From Octopus sinensis (lineage: Eukaryota): 64,000 bases of DNA. A model generated the notes under the pieces. It saw only the letters and a list, made by a program, of their open reading frames with translations, ran no database searches and was not told the DNA's origin. This document shows, piece after piece, positions 27,195 to 39,169 of this stretch (position 1 is the stretch's first letter; each line of letters begins with the position of its first letter). A program made the translations under genes and the position numbers. The stretch spans positions 46,934,001 through 46,998,000 of the forward strand of contig NC_043006.1 in the NCBI RefSeq assembly GCF_006345805.1. Reading direction: 5' to 3'.

Positions 27195-27808
27195 TTCAAA
27201 TTTTGTGACAAGTCCACGATTTCTGGTGAGGGCTAAGTCGATTACATCGACCTCAGTGCTCAAATAGTACATATTTTATCGACCTTTAAAGAATACAAAC
27301 ATAAAGTCGACTCCGGAGGCATTTAAAGAACGTTTACTTACAAGGATGAAATGTTTCTAAGCACATTACTCGGCGTTGCTAATAATCCTGTCAGCTCTGC
27401 GCCTAGCAGTATTTGTATACAATCACTATAAGAATAGTGACGATGTGTACAGCTACAATTATAGTGACATTAACAGGTGAACGCATATATTGCCCCTAAT
27501 AACAGCTGCAAACACAAATTGCCACCATTGTAATAAGAACAAAACAGTTAAAATATATAGAACTTCAACAATAACACGGACACAAACAATAATCATTTGT
27601 GCTATAGAAACAAGGACTGGAATTTAGGGGATGGGGTTAAGTCGATTACATCAACCCTAGTACTTAAATGGTACTTATTTTATCGACCTCGAATGATCAA
27701 AGGGAAATTCAACCTCGGCAGTATTTGAACTCAGACCGTAAAGACGGACGAAAAGCCGCCAAGCATTTTTTGCCGTCATGCTAACGATCATGCAACCTTT
27801 CCGCCTTA
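27195..27808 (-). mobile_element. Two degenerate SINE family A copies (~27195-27405 and ~27600-27808)
   Basis: Both have AAGTCGATTACATC...TTTTATCGACCT...GCATT on the plus strand, i.e. the family A reverse complement. Confidence 0.7.
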
Positions 27809-27874
27809 TTAGCAAAAACAATAATAAGAATGATAGCAGCCAAGCAACTAAGAATCCGGAACGAGTGCAACGGT

Positions 27875-28015
27875 ACATTATTTACTTTTTGACGGATATT
27901 TGTCCTCAGCTTCTTTGTTGTTAGCACAACGTTTCGGCTTATATATCCTCCAGCCTTCTGCATGTGTACTGGGGAAAATTCGAACCTGGGTTCTCATTTC
28001 TGAGGTATTTTCGAT
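27875..28015 (-). mobile_element. Hammerhead-bearing body (Penelope-like), degenerate core
   Basis: Reverse complement of ~28839-28990: AAAATACCT.A..AATGAGAACCCAGGTTCGAA.TTTCCCCAG...GGCTGGAGGATATATAAGCCGAAACGTTGTG. Confidence 0.7.
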
Positions 28016-28020
28016 GATGC

Positions 28021-28089
<69 letters not shown>

Positions 28090-28160
28090 TATTATTATTA
28101 TTATATTATTATTATTATTATTACTATTATTATTATTATTATTATTATCATTATTATTAA
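28021..28160. repeat. (TAA)n switching to (TTA)n
   Basis: Direct reading; polarity changes at ~28088. Confidence 0.95.
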
Positions 28161-28716
28161 GAGAGAGAACAGTGCATGCCATCAAAGTAACACTGGGGTA
28201 AAATATACGAAGCCCAGTATATCCATCATCTCTACCCGTCTGATAAGGGTACATTAGGTATATGCATCCCAATCATATGTGTGTGACATGGTGATCTTAT
28301 ATAAAGGTAAACTGCATATGACCTTGTAGGTGGGAGCCAGTTAGAATTCACATCTGGACGAGTAACCTATCCTGCTCAAAAGGTCCCTGAATAAGGGTTG
28401 TTTAAAGATGTTGAACGAAACACTCATATTTCCAGAGGTGGATTATTCAAACCCCAAAGAATCCCTTTCAACACTTGGCTATGATGCCCTCCCCCACTAC
28501 TTCTGCTCGTGATCAGAGATGCACATATCGTCAGTCACTAAGAGACATGCTCAAATGGTTGAGGTCAATTAACTGACAAGGAAATATGTGGTACTGAGCA
28601 GAATATTTGCTGTAGCCCATCTTTTGTACCAAGAGAAAACAATGTACATGATAACACTTCTAATCAGTTAAGATCAGAAGTCACGAGAGCCACTACCTGG
28701 TACTGTATCAGGGTAT
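28161..28716 (-). mobile_element. ~556-bp ORF-less interspersed element embedded in (TAA)n
   Basis: Flanked on both sides by TTA arrays (TAA on the minus strand). Second partial copy at 9860-10022. No TIR or tRNA boxes seen. Orientation is inferred from the TAA polarity. Confidence 0.7.
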
Positions 28717-28750
28717 TCATTATTATTATTATTATTGTTATTATTATTAT

Positions 28751-28801
28751 GGGCATATGGCGTAGTGGTTAAGAGTGTTTAAGATTCCAGGCAGTGACAT
28801 A

Positions 28802-28838
<37 letters not shown>

Positions 28839-29021
28839 TCGGAAAAATACCTTAAGAATGAGAACCCAGGTTCGAAATTTCCCCAGGACAGCTGAAGAAA
28901 GCTGGAGTGTATAGCAGCAGAAACGTTCTGCTAACAGCAAACTGGATGAGGTCAAATATCTATCGCATGTAAATATTTTGAACAATGTACGTAATTCCTC
29001 ATCTCTCAAATATAGAACTGT
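28751..29021 (+). mobile_element. Composite: tRNA-like head, (TAA)n spacer, hammerhead-bearing body
   Basis: Head GGGCATATGGCGTAGTGGTTAAGAG...ATTCCAGGCAGTGACAT (same as at 43993), (TAA)n at 28802-28838, then a body with CTGAAGA (28892-28898), GCTG/CAGC stem and GAAACGTT. Confidence 0.65.
28889..28930 (+). ncRNA. Minimal type I hammerhead ribozyme-like motif (partly degenerate)
   Basis: CAG-CUGAAGA-AA-GCUG-(10 nt)-CAGC-A-GAAA-CG-UU-CUG: stem I CAG/CUG, stem II GCUG/CAGC, and palindromic AACGUU in place of stem III. The first stem II pair is lost in this copy. Confidence 0.55.
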
Positions 29022-30049
29022 AAGTGCAACTGTATCGGGACAGGAAACTCTAAGCAGCCGTTCATCCTTCTAGCAATAATAGCCAAATGCGTCTTAAAAT
29101 GCATCGTAAGTTTTTAAACCAAAGAAGGGTCTTAGACGTGTACACAACATGGCTGAATTATGAAGTTCGCAATTGACACGATCTGGGCGTGTTACGTTTG
29201 CATAGCATCAATGATAATTGATTCTGATCCTTGCCTTGCGTTAACGCATGCCTAGTGATGGAAAACTGGTCGGCGTAAATTGAGCGGAAGCCGATTGAGT
29301 AGAGTGTAGCGGTAATTAAAAGATCACGTCACGCACTGCTTTATGTTGATTATACATGAGAACTATCTAAACGGTATACGTGTCTATGGAATATTCAGCG
29401 TTATGGGATATCAGCGATAAGTGGATGAGTTGGTAATAGAGATAACCGAATACCCGTTCAAAATAATCGTTCAAAAGTATAAGGATGCATTTTACTGGCT
29501 CGTAGTTACAAGAATATGATAGCAGGAAAATATATTTAGGATTTTGTAATGTTTGAAAGCCCTTGAACAAAGTTCTTATTCAATAATGCCAAGCTGGTAA
29601 AATAACATTTGGTAATGACAACTAGAAAAATAAAAACAAACATCAACAACTAAATCGACGGAGAAATGTGACAACTTAGAGAAAAAGATTAACTGTAGCG
29701 ATGATAACATAGGCTGTAACAGCTACGCCTATATTTCCAAAATTACAACAAAAAGTCGACAGTAATAGCATTTACAGTTGTAACTACAAGAGCAAAAACG
29801 TCCCAAATCAGATGATTTTGTTTATTAGCTCGACATGCTTGAGATACTGCCAAGATTTCTCCGAAATCAAACAGCGTTACTTAGAGACGAAACAAGGATA
29901 TAGCAGATACTGAAGATAAGATAGATGGTACTTTCAATTGAATATAGTGTCTGTCCATCTTTTATCATAAGTGCGAATATTTTCCCGACGGTAAACTGGA
30001 GTGAAATTGCCTTTAGATGCTGGGGTACAACCCTAATATATTTTAAGTT

Positions 30050-30121
<72 letters not shown>

Positions 30122-30308
30122 TGTGTGTGTGTATGTATATGTAGATATATGGATATGTAATTTCCAATCACTGAATCTAAGTGATTTAAAAGACGTGCTA
30201 GTGTATTTCACCAACGGTCAACAGAAAATATCGTAGGAGAAAAAGCAGAAAATAGGTACATATATACATATATATTACAAGCACGCCCGTAGAGATATAC
30301 ATATACGT

Positions 30309-30341
<33 letters not shown>

Positions 30342-30405
30342 CACACGGACGCACACACACGGAAACAGACACGCGCGCCCATTCACACATACACATACAC
30401 ACACA

Positions 30406-30575
30406 TAAGGGATGCTGAAATTTCTTCGTCTTGAAAGGTCTGGTTGAAGACCCAGCCTTCCAACTTCTTTTACAGGACCGCTGCACTAAGCGTGTGAATA
30501 TATTGATTAAAATCATAATTAATGCTCCTGTATTTTCTTTCCACTAAAGCCAGGAAATTATTCATCACGCTCTTA
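30406..30575 (+). mobile_element. Short mariner-derived element (same family as 7598)
   Basis: Shared internal blocks with 7598-7800; degenerate inverted ends. Confidence 0.5.
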
Positions 30576-30614
30576 CATACGATTCTTTATTGCATCACTC
30601 CAAATCTTTCTATA

Positions 30615-31138
30615 TACTAGATTGTGGAAAAAGTTCATGCGCCGTGTTAAAATAATGATTTTTATGCAAGAACTTATTCAAAAACAACAACTATTCTTCA
30701 GAATTTACGACCTTCATTTTCCACGACCTTCTGCCAACGATCTGCAAGCTTTCGGATTTGGTCAAAGTACCAAACCTTCGGCTTTCAATTGAGAAATGTT
30801 TGACAGGTTTCTTCTACTTCATAGAATGACTTAAATCGGCGACCTTTCATAAAGTGCTGCATTGATCAGAAAGACCATAGTCTGAGGGAGCAACGTCTGG
30901 ACTACAGGCTGGTTGCGTCAGAAATTCCACACCGTCCAATTCCTAAATCTTGTTGCTGGTCTTTCTGGTGGTATGCGGCTTTACATTGTCTTCTTGAATC
31001 AAAGCGCGTTCTCGATGAACACGGTGAGTAAACACTGAAAATTACATGAACTGAATGAAATCACACACCACAAAAAAAATATATATAAGAAAAAGCATTA
31101 TTTTAACACGGCCCATGAATTTTTTCCTCAATCTAATA
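30615..31138 (-). mobile_element. Internally deleted mariner element
   Basis: ~48-bp TIRs (TACTAGATTGTGGAAAAAGTTCATGCGCCGTGTTAAAATAATG and its inverse ending at 31138) with terminal TA. Minus strand reads LIQEDNVKPHT...PACSPDVAPSDYGL...MQHFMKGRRF (DNA.PH and SPDLAPSDY motifs). Confidence 0.9.
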
Positions 31139-31395
31139 TTTTAGAAATAATCTTTAAAGGAATTTAACTCTGTATTTACACGTTATTCTTAATAACTTTG
31201 TTGTTTTTGAGCATCACTGTTCCACAAAACACACACACATACAAACAAAAACACTCACACACAAGCAAACGCACACACATATACACACATACACATACAC
31301 GCACACGCACATATACCTAAATAATATGCATTATATACATGAATATATATAATACATATATAGATGTCCTTGCATATACAGTCACACAGACATAT

Positions 31396-31821
31396 TCTTT
31401 TATCTTTTACTTGTTTCAGTCATTAGGCTGCGCCCATGAGGGGGCGCCACTCTGAAAAATTTTTGTCGAACGAATCGACCTCAGCAACTGTTCCATTTAT
31501 ACACATGGTATGTGTTTCATCGATATCTTTGGGTGAACCGTTAATTTACGGGTAAGAAGACACACCAACGCCGGCTATGAGGTGGTGGTGTTGGCGGTGG
31601 TGCAAAGACAGACAGTAACACACACACAGACACACACACACACACATATATATATATACACATATTTATACAACGGACTTCTTTCGTTTTCTGTCTACTA
31701 AGTAGACTCTCAAAGCTTCGGTCGACCCGAGGCTATGGTAGAAGACACTTACCCAAGGTGTCCCGCAGTGGGACTGAACCCGGAACTATGTGGTTGGGAA
31801 GCGTGCTTCCTACGCCTGCGC
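31396..31821 (-). mobile_element. SINE family B, full length, diverged
   Basis: Both arms and an internal (CA)n(TA)n at 31618-31670, in the reverse order of 60796-61314. Confidence 0.85.
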
Positions 31822-31949
31822 ACATATGTATGGATTGATATTTCTTTAATGATGCCCCATTAAAATGTTGCTTGATGATTTCTTAAATTATGCATTCCCT
31901 TTACATTCTCAATTTTTATCTATTTTATATCCCTATATATCGAACAGCA

Positions 31950-32953
31950 TTATCACCACCGCTCCAACCAGTACTACCACCACCGTCTCCCCTAACACAC
32001 AACGTGGCCCCCCCCCCACCCATCGCAACCAATACTAACAACAACAACAACAACAACAACATCGCTACCACCACCACCACCACTACTAACGTCTTCCCCA
32101 CCATTACCAGCATTACCAACATGACAAACAGCAACAACAGGCAGCAGCAGCAGCAGCAGCAGTAGCAACAGCAACGACACCATCATAGAAACCCACGCCG
32201 ATATTGCAAAGAACACAACAACAGCTTCTCTTTCTTCTCCAGATGTCGAGGCAAGCGATCCATCATCTCCCTGTTTATTGCTCGGGAAATAGTCCTGGCA
32301 ATAATAAATTCTTCTGGAAATCCATGACAAATGAAATCACTCATTTTATATCTCGACTGTTCTCCTTTAGTTATACGTCTTTCTTCAACAAGATGTCTCC
32401 CATTTCCCCTCTCTCTCTCTCTCTCTCTCTCTCACCCTCTTTCAACTTTTACACTTCTACGTTGTCCCCGCTTTAATTCAGTCCCTATGTATCTCTAAGT
32501 CTCTCCCTCTCTCTCCTTGCTCCCCCTGTCTCTTTCTTTATCTCCTCTGACCCCCCCCCTCTCTCTCTCTCAATACTCTCTTTGAAACCATCGTCGTCGT
32601 TGTTGTAGCTCAGTCCGTTGATACGCGTTTTTTATCGTTGTTGTTGTTGTTCACGATCGTAACGGAGCGAGCTGTAATAACGTTGATGAACGTTTGGCGA
32701 TGATGATGATGCTGAGAGGGAGATGCCAAGAGAAGAAGTGGAGGAAGAAGAGAAGCAGAGTGATGGGTAGGATGAAGGCGATGAAAGAGGTGGAGACTGA
32801 CAGTGTTGTTTATCATGAATATCTCGGCAGTGATGAAGATGTTGATAGTGATAATAGATTTTCATGATGACGTTGATGATGATGAAGAAGGGGAGGAAGG
32901 GAAAGATGGCGTCTAAGAGAAGGAGAAGGATAGCGGTGGTGGTGATGTTGGTA

Positions 32954-32991
<38 letters not shown>

Positions 32992-33000
32992 GATGACAAC

Positions 33001-33034
<34 letters not shown>

Positions 33035-33147
33035 TAGATGATGATGATAATGATGATGTTGATGATGATGATGATGATGATGATGGTGAGCATGATAAAA
33101 CACTATGATGATCGTGACGAAGGGGTTGATGATGATGCTGCTGCTGC

Positions 33148-33215
<68 letters not shown>

Positions 33216-33249
33216 GTGAAACTTATAACGATCGTGATGGTGATTCTGA

Positions 33250-33283
<34 letters not shown>

Positions 33284-34205
33284 GATGATGTTGGCGATGT
33301 TGATGATTATATTTTCTTTACCGCCTTTATTACTGCCGCAAATGGAAATGTTGAACTGATTCCGAGAATTTATTTACATTACAGGTGCGTTACGATTGAC
33401 TTTCAAATATTAATTGCTATCTTTCAGTCGACGCTTAAAAAACATTCAATTCAAGAACAACACGCAGTGTATTCTTAAATAGGCAAGAGGCAATAGGAAA
33501 GGGAAAGTTGTTGGAAAATAAGGTAGGAGGGGGAGAAAGGAGTAGGTGGAGGAGAAGATTCATGAAGGAGAAAGGAGGAAAAGGTCGAAGGGAAGAGGAG
33601 GGGATTAAGAAGAAATAGCAAAGAAAGAAAGAAAGGAGAAGGAGTAAGCGGAAAGAGATACGGAAGAAAAAAGATAGTAGTACGAGTAGCATTCGCAGAA
33701 GAAGAGAGAGGAGAACGGATAGAAAAACGTGATGATGATGATGATAATTATGATGATCGTGATAATGACGACTTTGATGATGACGTTGATGATGGTGATG
33801 ATGATGATAGTGATGATGTTAATCGTGGCATTGATGATGATGATTTTGAAAAGGAGGAGGTGGTGATGGGTGGTGATGATGGTGGTGGTAGCTGTAGTGG
33901 CGGCAGCGGTGGTGGTGGTGGCGGTGGTGGTGGTGGCGGTGGTGGTGACGGCGGAGGTGGTGGTGGTGGTGGTGGAGGAGGAGGAGGAGGAGGAGGAGGA
34001 GAATCAAAGAAAAAGAACGGAAATCGGCAAAGAATCAAGGCTGGCAAGCAGTGATGGTGGACGACGAAAAATAATGCAGAGAACGATTACAGCAAAGATC
34101 ATTACGACAACGAAGACAACGATGATGATGATGACGCTGATGACGACTACGGTGATGACGAAAGCAATGACCACGACGACGATGATGAAAATGATAACGA
34201 GATGA
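31950..34205. repeat. Extended low-complexity domain: CAA/CAC/CAG, CT, GAT, GA-rich and GGT/GGA runs
   Basis: Direct reading; homopolymeric ORFs in many frames. Confidence 0.9.
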
Positions 34206-34454
34206 AATACAAAAAAAAACGAAGGAAAAGAAGAAGGATGGAAAGCAAAATAGTGAGACAGCATTCGTGGGTTTGTTGAGTACAGTTTATTGAACATAGA
34301 CATTATTTCTCATCAGCCATCACAGAATAGGGAGATTTTAGTTTGGATCAGCGAGAAAGCATTTAAGCAGTTTGTTATATCAGCTAGACATAGCAGCAAG
34401 CCATAGCACTAATATCACATTATATCGTCTAAAAGAAGGACACACTTGATAGTA

Positions 34455-35105
34455 TTCTTTTCTGCTCTACGCACAAAGCACGAAATTTTTGTGGAGGGAG
34501 CCAGTCGAGTAGATCGACCCCAGTACGCGACAACTCCGAAAAGGTGAAAGGCAAAGTCGGCCTCGGCGGAATTTGAACTCAGTAAAGATGATGATAACGG
34601 TGATGAGGAGGAGGATGAAGATGAGGAGGGTGGTGGAATCACTAGTATGTTGGGCAAAATGTTTGGTGGCATTTCTTCCCGGTTTTTAGTTTCTGAGTTC
34701 CGCTTCGCTTTTCATAAATTTTGAAGTCGATGAAATAACTAGCAGTTGAGTACGGGGTTGACATAAACGACTAGACCCCTCTCGCTAATTTCAGGCTTTC
34801 TCGCTATAGAAGTAAGTATAATCAATATTATTTTTAAGGTTGTTTGCTGGTAGAACGTAAAGACAGATGAAATACCGTTAAACACACTTGGTAATATTGT
34901 CATTGTTGAAAGACGGCGAGCTGGCAGAAACGTTAACACGTTTTATTTTTTATTTTTATTTTTATTTTTTATCATTTTAAAGGCTTTGCTGGTAGAATTG
35001 TTACAGCGACTGGCAAAATACTTATCGGCATCTCTTCCGTCTCTTGACCTTTTAAGTCCAAAAGCTGACGAGTTTGACTTTGTAATCGATTCATTCCTCC
35101 CGTCA
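34455..35105. mobile_element. Cluster of SINE family A fragments in both orientations
   Basis: GAAAGGCAAAGTCGGCCTCGGCGGAATTTGAACTCAG (minus, ~34545-34582); plus-strand relics at ~34645-34810, 34910-34940 and 34980-35105. Confidence 0.7.
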
Positions 35106-35584
35106 ATGACATAATAAGAAAGGATGTGATTTTTCTGACTAAACGACGAGGAAATAAAAAGTGCCTCCCACAAATAGTATTTTTCTGTCGTATGAAGTGT
35201 TTTATATTGAATTTCTGCATGTACCATAATAGAGAAAATGGAAATAGACTAGATGATCATGATTTGATTGAAATAACTTTGGATCTTAGGTTTGCTTATT
35301 TAAGATTGTCCTGGGGCTAAACGATATAAAAAAATTGTTGCAGTGTTATCATTGTTAATCATTTGTTTATTGAAGCTTAATTTGCAAATATGCATCTCGT
35401 ATTTCACGACACTCAGCTTTTCATGCGAGGGCACACACACACACACAAAAGCACAAACACACACACACATGTATACAGACACAGCTACTTACACAAGGCC
35501 ACCGCAGGTAAATGAACTTCGCAAATTTCGAATTCTCTGGTAACGACTTTTGAGCACAATATATATATATGTATATGTATATAC

Positions 35585-35633
<49 letters not shown>

Positions 35634-37509
35634 CATCATTAGAGTATCTAAAGAGTTTAATTTCCTTCTTACCCACTTTTTAAAACTCTAACAAATCTAC
35701 CTATCTGATATTTGGTATTTAACATCAATATTGAATACATAATTCCCAAAAAAAATATAACAGTATCTAAAATAATTCATATAAAGAACTAGTTTTTGTC
35801 ATGCGTATTAATAGCTAATACAAAACAGATTACTGCTTAGCGGAAATAACAAAAATGGCGCCGATATTCTTTAGCTTAAAGTGTTAAATGCTTTTTTTTC
35901 CTATGAGGTCACTCATCATTGGATTCCTATAATGAATATATATGTATTACAACCTGAATACAATCTCTTATGAATTTGGTTTTTACTATGTCGAGGTTTG
36001 AAAAGCTTATTTGATTATATTAAAGATGCTGCGCATAAAAAGTTCTTTTCTGTTCTCTTCTCTATATTATCTTATTTTCCAATTAAATTTATTCCAACCT
36101 TTAAAAAAAACCTCCCTTTAGACTTAGATATTCTCCTTCCTTTGAGATATAGACAGAGAGATTTGATAGTAACATCTTAAAGTAACACAGCCTTTATCAA
36201 GAATTATTTTTAAGTGCATTACTTATATCGGATTTATGAACACCGATAAAATACTAACAATTTTACAAACAATAACATTAGAAACTACGACGCGTTTCGA
36301 AGTGTAGATGCAAAATTGTAATCTCAGCTTTATCTGAATGGCTATATTTTGTGAGAACTAAAAATACTTGTTATAAGAAGCATTTTGTAAAAAAAAAATC
36401 GTTTCTTGTTGGTTTCTGATGCACAAATCATTACGCCACTCTTTTCGTTATACCTGTGTAATAATCTAGAAAATATGATTTCCTTCCAAAATAAGGATTA
36501 TACTGTAAAAAAGATCTACTTTCACACATATAAAATATTTTTGTTTATTCATTAAAAAGCGTAGCTGTAATAATACCGTCGAGCCTGTTGATGCAACTCG
36601 GAAAATTTCTTGATGATGTATATATTTAGTGAAGATAGAGTTTGGGATATTGCTGTGTTTTATGAAGTCACTCAACTTTGGTTTCCTAACTTGAAAATGT
36701 ATTTCTTGTAACGTAAACAACAGATGGGGATAACTTCCACCGAATTATTCCACACACAAATATATATGCATATGTGTGTGTGTGTCAATACATAGAGGCA
36801 TACTTACACACATATACACGCATATATAATGAGTCATAATGCGTATAAGGTGCGTTATACGTAGCCAAGGACCGTGCAATAGAAAAAAATTTAGTTGTAT
36901 AGGGATTCTCTTAACCAAACCCTCATAATTACGTCTTCATCACATCTAAATCTAACCTACTAATGGGCGTATAGAAAACCCAAGTACACTCAACATTAGG
37001 GAAATACTGAATATATCGGTATTTACGCTTTTACATGATCAGGTGTATGACATCACTTCTCTTACAGAAATAACATCACTTCTCTCAGCGATGTATATGA
37101 CATCACTTCTCTCATGCACTGCATCCATTGTACCTGAGAGGCATTGTAAATTCTGGCCTCCAGGCATTTCACCCACTCACAATATATCCTTTACAATATT
37201 TACACATTAATTATAAATATTTAGAATCTACCTTTTGTGTAGATCTTTGGTTTGAATATTAGGCGTTGTGACCTATGATCAACACACCCACTTCCTTCTG
37301 TAAAGTATTATTTAAGCTTTGGAATTTCTAATGCTTAGAGACCTCTCCTTTCCACATAAATTGCGAATATAGCACTCAACGCAGTCTGTGTTATCAAAAC
37401 TCAAAAGTGCGGAAATATTGCTCTTTCAATCTGAACCGGTCTCTTTATTATTATTCTCAACACTGTAGAGATGTAAGGCAATTTTACCCCGGTGGGATTT
37501 GAAATGTAT

Positions 37510-37731
37510 TGCTTTCAAATTTTGTCATAAGGCCAGAAAGGTCGAGAGGAAGGAGTAAGTCGATTACAGACCCCAGTCCTCAACTGGTACTTCTTTAATT
37601 TTATCGAACCCTGAAATGTATGAAGGACAAAATCGGCCTCGGCGGAATTTGAACTGAGAAATTAAAGACGAACAAATTGCCGCTGAGCATTGTTTCCCAG
37701 CGTCCTAACAATTCTGCCAGCTCACCATCTT
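37510..37731 (-). mobile_element. SINE family A
   Basis: TAAGTCGATTAC...CTGGTACTT...CCTCGGCGGAATTTGAACT...TCTGCCAGCTC. Confidence 0.8.
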
Positions 37732-38313
37732 ATGTAGGATTTGAAATATAATGGCAGATAGTAGGAATATATATCACAAAGCATTCTATGTGACTTTCTA
37801 GCGATCCTGCCAATTCGTCTGGCATATAATCGGATATCATATTTTATCTACAGTATAGAGGGCCTCTGTTCAGCCTTCTACCACATACAGTTATAAGATA
37901 TTTACTACGCGCCTATCAATAAAGATTTCTTTCCTTTAGTTAGTGACTGTCATGATATCAGTTTCTGAAAGTGATCAAATTATATTAATGCAATAGATTT
38001 CTTCGATTTGATTACACACTTCAGAGAGGTCGATCGGAATAGGTTGCATGACCTTCATCAAGATACCCAACTTGATTTCGTCACAGATGAATGGTTATTA
38101 CTTAGTAATTGAAATTAATTATGTATTTTATAATGCAATCGACCTACCGTTTCCCTCATAATATATCCCAAATCTCTTTCTCTATTCCAAGCTTTCTCTC
38201 TTTACTTCTCTCTCTCTCTCTCGTCTTTTAGGTATCTCATTCTTCGTTATAACCCTTTGTTCTCTTATTTTTGCCCATTCTTTCTTTCTTTCCTCATATA
38301 TATATATTATATA

Positions 38314-38357
<44 letters not shown>

Positions 38358-39169
38358 TCTCTTTCTCCAGTTCTCTCCATGTTTTTCTCCATATTCTATC
38401 GATTTTTCATTATCGCACCAGAAATGTGATTTTACACTGAAATGTGTAAAACATGAAATTAATATGATCGTAACAATCCAATTACATCGCACATGGGGAC
38501 AGGATGAAAGGAAGAATATGTCATTATGATATGCATTGCTAGATTATCGATAAAACTATTGAAATGCATGCTTCATTTACCTACGGCAATGTTGTGCAAT
38601 ATGTATACAAACAAAGATACAATGGTTTACATATATGGAAAATTTTATATTACCATACTAATTACAGGATTGCAAACGTAATTTTTCTAAATAACACCCT
38701 GGAAAACAGTTGCGCATTTACCAAGATGCTATACAATATGCCTTTATTTTACATAGAGCTAATCAAGGCGTTCTGTATCGTTAAGCATCACGAAGTGAAG
38801 ACTATAATTATGATGTTTTTACTGGAATAAGTTATAATACTATGACACATTTAATGAACAATATCGTCGTTAGTTATATGTTTTCTATGGATTAGTCACT
38901 GGTTAATTATAATTTTGAGAGTGGTAATGAAATATCAGTCTTTTAACTAGGGGCAGACCAAAGTCGCAAAAGTGTCACTTGCAGGCGCCATTAATGTCAG
39001 CATGTATTCTACAAGGCTGATCTGAAAATTTCATAGGCAAACTATAGAGGAGTGATGCTAGAGCTGGGAAACCTGTACTAATAACTTCATAGTTTCGTTC
39101 GAAGTAAACAGTTATCTGAGTTTTCATTGAAGACTTCAAATGTAGCTAGTAGTGATTTCTCGTAAAGAG

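Noticed and set aside
37045-37113. Three spaced ACATCACTTCTCT repeats (CRISPR-like spacing)
   Set aside because: Repeats are 13 bp with very short spacers in a eukaryotic context with no cas genes; local slippage duplication.
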